Below, piece after piece: positions 54,914-64,000 of a stretch of DNA of 64,000 nt. The translations under genes were made by a program, and so were the position numbers. This DNA comes from Octopus vulgaris (lineage: Eukaryota). The notes beneath the pieces were generated by a model that saw nothing but the letters and a program-made list of their open reading frames with translations, did no database searches and was not told the origin of the DNA. Where the stretch lies: the NCBI GenBank assembly GCA_951406725.2, contig OX597823.1, forward strand, positions 55,552,001-55,616,000, read 5' to 3'. Numbering within the stretch: the stretch's first letter is position 1; the number at the start of each line of letters is the position of its first letter.

Positions 54914-55310
54914 TACCAACCACATGGTTCCGGGTTCAGTCCCACTGCGTGGCAACTTGGGCAAGTGTCTTCTACTATAGCCTCGTGACGGCCAAAGCCT
55001 TGTGAGTGGATTTGGTAAACGGAAACTGAAAGAAGCCCGTCGTATATATAAATATATGTACATATATATGTGTATGTATGTATGTATATATGTGTGTGTA
55101 TATGTTTGTGTGTCTGTGTTTGTCCCCCCAACATCGCTTGACAACCGATGCTGGTGTGTTTATGTCCTCGTAACTTAGTGGTTCGGCAAAAGAGACCGAT
55201 AGAATAAGTACTAGGCTTACAAAGAATAAGTCCTGGGGTCGATCTGCTCGACTAAAGGCGGTGCTCCAGCATGGCCGCAGTCAAATGACTGAAACTGAAG
55301 CAAGTAAAAA
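54914..55310 (+). mobile_element. SINE family B
   Basis: Similarity to family B. Confidence 0.9.
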
Positions 55311-55845
55311 TTGCTGTGTAAGAGACTCCTTCCTTCTTTACCTCGTTCGTCTGTCTATCTCTGTGTCTGTCTGCCTGTGTAACATGGTACTACTACACAT
55401 TATTCACCACAACGAAGCTACAAAGTCAACATTTATAACAATAACAACAGTAAAGTAACGACGTATATCGCTGATTACAAGTGATGTGTTATTTACTCTT
55501 AGTCATACACTCTTATTTATAAATTCGTGCTGTCTGTTTTTCCTCTTTTCCTTCTTGATTTTTGTTCTACCTTTACTCTCTTTTAATCTCTTTGTGAAAA
55601 AAGATGGTGGCGTAATTATCATTTGTACTTCTTTGCTGTGGTTGAACAACGGAATACTTCCCCAGTTCTAGAAACTAAGTGAACGGGAAGCCACAATTTC
55701 AGCTGCTATGTCTTTCTGGCACATACTGTCGCACTATGTATGGTTTTCACAACGTTTAATTCGTTTTGCTTTTTCCCTATGTTGCTTTTGTCTAAGAAAT
55801 TCATATCTCTACTGATATCTATGTGGTTCATTTATTTTTCTCATA

Positions 55846-55876
<31 letters not shown>

Positions 55877-55959
55877 TTCATTATTATTTTTATTTTTATT
55901 ATTATTATTATTATTCTTATTATTATTATTGCTCACAGGCAAAAATCTCAATGAATAAC

Positions 55960-56720
55960 TTTCAAGAAACACAGATCAATAAACACAAATTTCAGAAAGA
56001 CTGACCAAGAAACAGAGATAAAAAAATATAAATTTACAAATACAGATCAAGACGTATAGATCAGAAAACAAATTGAGAATTACAGATCATAAAATGCATA
56101 TGAAAACACAAATCAACAAACATAGATCAAGAAATGAAGAATTAGATACAGATCAAGAAATATGTATGAAGTAACATAGATGAATAAACACTTGAATCGC
56201 AGGTCAAGAAAAAGATCAAGAAATAAAAAATAGACACAGATGAAGAAATGAGTATCAAGTAAAACAGCTGAATAAACACTTGAAACACAGCTCAAGAAAC
56301 ATATATTAAAAAAGACACATGAATAAACACTAGTAACGCAGATCAAAAGACCTGTATCAGGAAACACAGGTGAATAGATACTTGAAACACAGATCAAGAG
56401 ATGAAGAGGTAGATACAAATCAAAAATATAGATCAAGAAAGAAAGTGATGACTCAAATCAACAAGCTTGTATCAAGGAACACTAAATGAATAAGAACTGA
56501 AAAGACAGATCAAGAAACACCGATCAAGAAATGAAGATATAATCACAGATCAACAAAAGTGTATGAAGGAATACAGATAAATAAATACTAGAAATACAAA
56601 ACAGATTTCAATGAACGTCTATCAAAAAATACCGATCAAGGCAAAAAAGAAATTAAAAGAAGAGTACAGATAAAGTAACAGAGATCAAAAGCATAACGGT
56701 CACAAATAAAGAAATACAAA
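55960..56720 (+). repeat. Degenerate A-rich minisatellite built on acagatcaagaa
   Basis: Motif recurs more than 15 times at irregular short spacing. Confidence 0.85.
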
Positions 56721-56949
56721 ATATAGTTCACTCACTGATACGCTCCATCCTCTCTCCAACAGTTTCACTCTCTCCTCTTTCTCTCTCTCTCTCTCTCTCT
56801 CTCGCTCTCTCATTCTTTCTCTCGCTCTTTCTCTCTCTCATTCTCTTTCTTTCTCTCTCTCTCTCTCTCTCTCTCTCGCTCTCTCATTCTTTCTCTCGCT
56901 TTTTCTCTCTCTCATTCTCTTTCTTTCTCTCCCTCTCTCACCCTCTCCT

Positions 56950-57135
56950 TCTACTGGTACTATAATGGCACTGCTCCTGACAACTGTATGAGCTCATGCC
57001 ACCTCCATCCAGTTATCTCCGACTCATTCACCACTTCTCTTCTCATCACTCGTGTTGTGCTCAAATTCAAGGTCGTTCTTTCAAAGAACACTGGCGCTCT
57101 GGAACTTCCTTCTTATTCACGTTTTCTCTTTAAAG
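56950..57135 (+). pseudogene. Degraded CR1/Jockey-group LINE C-terminal fragment
   Basis: YWYYNG…FFQRTLALWNFLLIHVF resembles the SFFPRT..LWNSLP..VF motif. Confidence 0.55.
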
Positions 57136-57714
57136 ACCATTGGTACTAACCCTTTCCTCAAACCCAGGAAGTAAAAAGTGACAACGGGAATGCGGGAGGA
57201 AAATACACGCCAAGAAACACAAAGCACAGATATTAAGGTACACAGAGCTCTGAAGACACTCGATAACTACGAGCAATTGGAGGAAACCATGATGTTTATG
57301 TCTTTTCAACACAGATAGTTAACCACTATTTCTATAATAATTGCCAATCCAACGAAGGATGTTGATTTAACTTAATAAAGAGATAAAGTACAATTAATCT
57401 CTGTTATTTTTACTTCGATATGTTATAAGCTTAACAAATACAAAAATATTTATAATGTAATAAAAAAGAATCCGACATCACACTCAATATTTTCGTTCTA
57501 AACAAAGCAGTAAATGTTTCCTTTATTAAAGATCGATATGAAATTGTTCGCGGAAAAATTTTTCAATAATTAATTATGTTTCACGGTAATTTTAGAAATA
57601 TCTAATCAGTCAAAATGAATGAATAATGCCTTCCGTCTCCATTCGCGAATTAAGAATCCAATATACTCTTTAAAATCTGAGTTCAATTGCACAATAATAA
57701 CATCAATATCATCG

Positions 57715-57801
<87 letters not shown>

Positions 57802-57823
57802 GTATTATTATTATTATTATTAT

Positions 57824-57885
<62 letters not shown>

Positions 57886-58337
57886 TTGATAATTATGTAT
57901 TTTTAAATAATGAGGATAAGATTAAGTAATGGTTAATAAAAACTATATTAAGGGTAATGATAATGTCAATGATGGTAGAAACAGGAAAAGAGCGAGAATG
58001 AGGATGATGATGATGATGCTGATGATGATGGTGTTGATGATGATGAGGATGATGACGACGACGACGACGATTTAGATACGGCGGTTGCGACGAGAAGGGG
58101 GGAAGAGTAGAAGGGGAAGGATGGGGGAGGCGGGGTGATGAAGGAGGAGGGGGAAGGAAGGAAGAGGTGGAGGAGGAGAAGAGGAGATGCGAGAAGAGCG
58201 GGAGAGAGAGAGAGAAGAGAGAAGAGAGGACAATGACGCCTGCGGTAACAAAATGACAATGTCAACAACGAACGGAAAGGAGGAAGCTGAAGAACGAGAA
58301 GCTGAAGAAGAAGGAGGAGGAGGAGAAGCTGAAGAAA

Positions 58338-58368
<31 letters not shown>

Positions 58369-58797
58369 AGAAGAAGAAGAAGAAGAAGAAGAAGAAGAAG
58401 AAGAAGAAGACTGGAATAGAAAAACGATGATGATAACGGTAATGCCAAAGAACAACAACAACAACAACAAGACGATATCGATGGTGGTAATGATCCAGTT
58501 TACCATCTGTGAGTGATTAAGAGAATTAGAGAATGAGAAGATCTCTTAATAAATGCTGTTCAACACCTTGAGAATTTATCGATAAACCAATTGAGAAAAC
58601 ACCACACCAGCTCCCTTCCCCGCCGCTCCCCATACACAAGAATCACCCCCACCCCCACCACCACCACCACCACCATTAGCCAACATTCTCATCGTCGTCG
58701 TTGTCATTATCATCATCACCGTCATCATCATGGCTACAAACATATCTGGTGGAAGAAGGTGTCCATTGCCACGAATCACCTTTGTTGGTGCAACAGT

Positions 58798-58857
<60 letters not shown>

Positions 58858-58974
58858 ATCGATATTCTGACAACAACTACAACCACCTATACGACAATTA
58901 TCACCAGCAGGCCTACCACTATTGCTACTACTACAACTATGTCATATAGGACGACTTATATGATCGCCATCATA

Positions 58975-59610
58975 TTGGTTTCAAATTTTGACTCAAGGTT
59001 AGCAATTCCGGGGATTACACCGACCCCAGTATTCAACTGGTACTTATTTTATCGACTCTGAAAGATGAAAGGCAAAGTGGACCTCGGCGGAATTTGAACT
59101 CTGAACGTAAGGACAGACGAAATACCCCTAAGCATTTTGCTTTGCGTGTTAACGATTCTCCCAAATCGCCGCCTTACTATTGATATATATTCTTTTCTAC
59201 TCTAGGCACAAGGACCGAAATTTTGGTGGAGGGGGCCAGTCGATTTGATTGACCCTAGTACGCAACTGGTACTTAATTTATCGACCCTGCAAGGATGAAA
59301 GCAAAGTCGACCTCGGCGGAATTTGAACTCAGACCGTAAAGACAGACGAAATACTGCTAAGCATTTCGCCCGGCGTGCTAACGTTTCTTATTTCACAAGG
59401 GGCTAAACATAGAGGGTACAAACAAGGACAGACACAGGGATTAAGTCGATTACATCGATTCCAGTGCGTAACCGGTACTTAATCTATCGAGCCCGAAATG
59501 ATGAAAGGCAAAGTCGATCTCGGCGGAATTTGAACTCAGAACGTAGTGGCAGACGAAATACCGCTAAGCATTTTGCCCGGCGTGCTAACGTTTCTGCCAG
59601 CTCACCGCCC
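58975..59610 (-). mobile_element. Cluster of SINE family A units (monomer plus dimer)
   Basis: Three aaagt.gacctcggcggaatttgaactc blocks. Confidence 0.9.
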
Positions 59611-59777
59611 AATGTTACATTATCAACAACAATATCACCAGCACAATCGTCATCACAAAAGCCAACGCCATATTTATAATCGCCACCACCACCGCCACAA
59701 TCAATGTTGGAGCAGGAACCACCATTACCGCTATCACTGCCACCACCACTACTAATACTAGCAGTAATAGTATTACC

Positions 59778-60005
59778 TATTTCTTTATTACCCACAAGGG
59801 GCTAAACATAGAGGGGACAAACAAGGACAGACATAGGTATTACGTCGATTACATCGACCCCAGTGCGTAACTGGTACTTAATTAATCGACCCCGAAAGGA
59901 TGAAAGGAAAAGTCGACCTCGGCGAAATTTGAACTCAGAACGTAACGGCAGAGGAAATACGGCTATGCAATTCGTCCGACGTGCTAACGATTCTGCCAGC
60001 TCGCC
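59778..60005 (-). mobile_element. SINE family A with a 17-bp TSD
   Basis: gcagtaatagtattacc at 59761-59777 and 60006-60022. Confidence 0.92.
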
Positions 60006-61619
60006 GCAGTAATAGTATTACCATCATCATCATCACCACCAGCTTTACAACCAATAACACCACCGTCATCACTACCTCACTACCGCAACAACAACAAACG
60101 CCACCGCCCAACATTTTTAGCAATATCCCCATCACCACCACTAATAATACCAATACCTCTAATAATACTAATGTTAGCACCATTACCAACACACCTTATC
60201 ACCACTACGATGACAACCACCACCACCACAGCCATTACCTCATACCATTACCGTCAATATTAAAAGCATATGAAATAAAATTAAGGGCAATACATGATCA
60301 AAACAAATAATTTTTATTGAATAAAATTGTATTTCTTCAAATTTCTAATTTCCAATTATTTCTTTCGCGGTATTTTTGTTGAATAAATTTAATTTATTGT
60401 TGTTGATGTTCATGACATCACCATCTTCATCGTCGTCGTCGTCGTTGTCCTCCATACTATTGATATTAATATTGTTTAATCCTAGATCATTTGTGAGCGA
60501 GAAAAAGGGATCTCTGTCGATTTCGACGATGAACATTTTGTTCTTTGATCAACACAAGTCCCCTACTTATTGAATTAGCATGAAAGTAGCCTTAACGTTA
60601 CCAGTGTGGCATAATGAGTGACTGTTAGGGTAAGGCTGGACCACCGAATCACAAGTACAATCCATCTTTGAGACTGACTTCCGTTTACCCAATATCACTT
60701 ACAAGGCTTCGGTTGATCGAAGGCTATGAAGTTTACACATCATGCAGTAGTGACAAGCCCAGAATCTCGTGATTGCGAAACTAGTTATGAAGGCAATCAG
60801 TCATGCTGCGTTCATTCTAATCAAATAAACTTATGATCAAAAGATTTTCTAACTGTGAACATCACGTCGTTTGAAGACCCAGCCAACCCAAATCGAATAA
60901 ACCTTATTATGTAAGGCATCACATTCTCTCGTTTTGAAACATCAAATCAGCCTTGATCAAAAGGGACTTTGATCAAAGGCTTCAAACTACGACCATTCGG
61001 TCTTCTTGGAGACCCTGAATAGCTCTCATTGATTAACCCTATGATCAAAGATGTTGTAGCTATTACTGTCCCTTCTAAACCTCAGAGATAGTGTATCTAA
61101 GACTAGTATTATTTTATACTATCAGCCCTTCACTAAGGCCGGGTGTAGGGCATATTATGAGGGTGAATTAGCACTGATTTCTTGCAGGTCACGATGCTAT
61201 GAAGAGATTCGATGTCACGTCGAATATTTGGGGGCATTGTTGCTGTTGTTACTGCTGCTCTTGCTGCTCCTGCTACAACTGTTGTTGTTGTTGTTTACAC
61301 CAGGTTAACCTTACGAGAACAGAATTATGATGAAACGCGTTCCAGCAGGGGCCAATCTGTATTTCTACATATCTACAACGAATGCAGTATATAACATATC
61401 GTTAAGACGATTGGATTTGATTTGGAGTGGGGGAGGTCTTTGACTGCTATTTATTCCAACTCAAACGACCACACAGACGTCCTCCCATGTTTTCTTTTAC
61501 ATAATATCAGTAATTTTGTCTCCGATTTCCAAATTCAAAGAGCATATAGTAAAAATAGTGGAATTCTCTAAATACGTGTTCTGTCTTCCTTTTTTCTTCT
61601 TCTTCTTTTAGTAATATAG

Positions 61620-61945
61620 CTCATTTGACTGCGGCCATACTGAAGCACTGCCTTGAAAGGTTTAGTCGGTCAAATTGCCAGCAGTATTTAATTTTAAATC
61701 TTGTACTCATCGTATCGTTACTTTTTGCCGAACCACTAAGTTCTTGAGACGTAAACAAACCAACACCGGTTGTCAAGCAGTGATAGGGCACACACACACA
61801 CACACACGTATGTGTGTGTATACACAACGGTCTTCCACACTCATAAGGCTTCCACACTCACAAGGCATTGGTCGGGTTGGAGTCACACGGTGGAAATGAA
61901 CCTGAAACCACGTTGTTGCAAAGTCAGCTTCTTCAACTACACAAC
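61620..61945 (-). mobile_element. Diverged SINE family B
   Basis: tcatttgactgcggccat…ttttgccgaaccactaagtt…cggttgtcaagc. Confidence 0.8.
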
Positions 61946-62249
61946 CAAGTTCCAAGACAAAGCAATATCCCGTAACTTTAATTCCGTATAAAAGAAAATG
62001 AAAATGAAACCTTAGTGTAAAGACTAATTAATTAACAGAGCATTGATTGATATATGAAAAGAAACATTTCTGATGATGAGAAGGAGGAAGAGGAGACAGA
62101 ATACAACCGTGTGTGTACATGTGTGTTTGAATATCTGTCCGCTTGTCAGATATGTTCATCTGAGTCATAACTGCGTGCCAATGAGTTTTCATATAAGGGC
62201 GGGTGTACCTGTGGATTTGTTTATAAGCTATTTCTTGTATGGGTGCAAG

Positions 62250-62880
62250 TATACGTGTGTGTGAGTACGTGTGCATGCATGTGTCTGCATGTGTGCGTGT
62301 GTGGGTGGGTATGCATGTGTTTGTGTGCTAGTGAGTGTGTGTGTCTGCTAGTGTGCGTGGGCGCGTACGTGTCTGTATGTGTGTGTGTGTGCGTGCGTGT
62401 GTGTGGGGGACATATGTGTGTATGTGCGTGTGTGTGTGTGGGACGTGCATGTGTGTGTGTATGCATGCGTGTCTGTGCGTGTATGTCTGCCTGTATGTAT
62501 ATGTGCGTGCGCGTGCGTATCTGCATGTGTGTGCGTGTGTTCGTGTGTGTATGCTAGTGAGTGTGTGTGGGGGTATGCATGTGTGTGTGGGCGCGTGTCT
62601 GTATGTGTGTGTGCTTGCGTGTGTGTGTGGCGACATGCATATGTGTGTGTGTGTGTGTGTGTGCGTGTGTGTGGGGACATGCATGTTTGTGTGTGTGTGT
62701 GTGTGCATTCGTGTCTGTGCGTGTATGTCTGCCTGTATGTATATGTGCGTGCGCGTGCGTATCTGCATGTGTGTGCGTGTGTTCGTGTGTGTATGCTAGT
62801 GAGTGTGTGTGGGGGTATGCATGTGTGTGTGGGCGCGTGTCTGTATGTGTGTGTGCTTGCGTGTGTGTGTGGCGACATGC

Positions 62881-62916
<36 letters not shown>

Positions 62917-63100
62917 GTGTGGGGACATGCATGTTTGTGTGTGTGTGTGTGTGCATTCGTGTCTGTGCGTGTATGTCTGGCTGTATATGTGCGTGCGCGT
63001 GCGTATCTGCATGTGTGTATGTTCGTGTGCGTGTGTATGTGTGTGTGTGTGTGTGTGTGCGTGTGTGTGTGTGAGTGTGCGTGCGCGCGTACGTGCTTGA
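62250..63100 (+). repeat. GT-rich compound satellite with a ~245-bp higher-order unit
   Basis: gtctgtgcgtgtatgtctg recurs at 62471, 62713 and 62961. Confidence 0.9.
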
Positions 63101-63189
63101 GTGTAAATGGACATAGGCCTGAAGAAGTGAGTAAGAGTTTTGCTTCTTTTAAATTATTTTAAATCTCTGGCTGAAATAAATAAATAATA

Positions 63190-63420
63190 TATTTATTTAC
63201 TACCCACATGGGGCTAAACACAGAGAGGACAAATAAGGACAGACAAACGGATTAGTCGATTATATCGACCCCAGTGCGTAACTGGTACTTATTTAATCGA
63301 CCCCGAAAGGATGAAAGGCAAAGTCGACCTCGGCGGAATTTGAACTCAGAACGTAGCGGCGGACGAAATACTGCTAAGCATTTCGCCCGGCGTGCTAACG
63401 ATTCTGCCAGCTTGTTGCCT
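63190..63420 (-). mobile_element. SINE family A
   Basis: Similarity to family A. Confidence 0.9.
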
Positions 63421-64000
63421 TGATAAATGAATAATAAACAAATAAAACTACGGGGCAGTTTGGTGAAGTATATTTGCCATAAACACAACTTTATTTTCAG
63501 CCCAAGCCCCACAAGTGAAATAGGTTTGGTGGAAACAGTGGAAAATCTTCTGATGATTTTATTATGACAAATTTTAGGAGTGGAAAATGTAGCGTATGAT
63601 TTTGGTCAACAATAACATCGATAGCAACTATGCCTGTTTAACATTCGTTTAAAATCCAGAATAGATTTTAAATCCATGATTAGAAGACCACGCTTTTGGA
63701 CAAAAACGATAATAGTGTTCCATTGGTGCCATCGGAAGTGTATGCATACAAGCATTCGGTTCTGGTCTTCTGATATATGAATTTTCATGGATGACAAACC
63801 CGAAATGTAAAAGTATAATGGAAGCAAAGACTGCACAAGTGAGATTATCATTGGATCGTCTATCATACAGTTTTTGTTCAAACGACTGCCTAGCAATATC
63901 ACGGGCTCTCAGAAATTACGAATTGGTGTCCGGCGTGCTGGAAGACCGCTGTGAGTGAGGTATCCCTTAGCTTTTGTTAAAGCATGTCTTTAGGAAAGGT

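Noticed and set aside
55960-56720. CRISPR-like array
   Set aside because: Eukaryotic context, degenerate repeats, non-unique spacers and no cas genes.

Overview
AT-rich, microsatellite-saturated animal genomic DNA. The SINE families, (TA)n/(TATG)n/(TAGA)n load and retroelement content point to an octopus or other coleoid cephalopod genome, most likely a large intron or intergenic stretch. Nearly all ORFs in the supplied track are microsatellite artefacts. Supported content: at least four Penelope-like element (PLE) fragments with GIY-YIG endonuclease remnants, two of them young fold-back insertions (27.6-29.9 kb and 38.0-39.7 kb); short palindromic PLE-terminus derivatives; about ten type I hammerhead-ribozyme (HHR) folds in these termini, several with recurrent non-canonical cores; a non-autonomous Helitron; mariner and maT transposase relics; RTE, R4-like and CR1/L2-like LINE fragments; more than 25 tRNA-derived SINE copies; and one candidate 45-nt host micro-exon. 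All calls were made by eye, with no database search, so boundaries are approximate.
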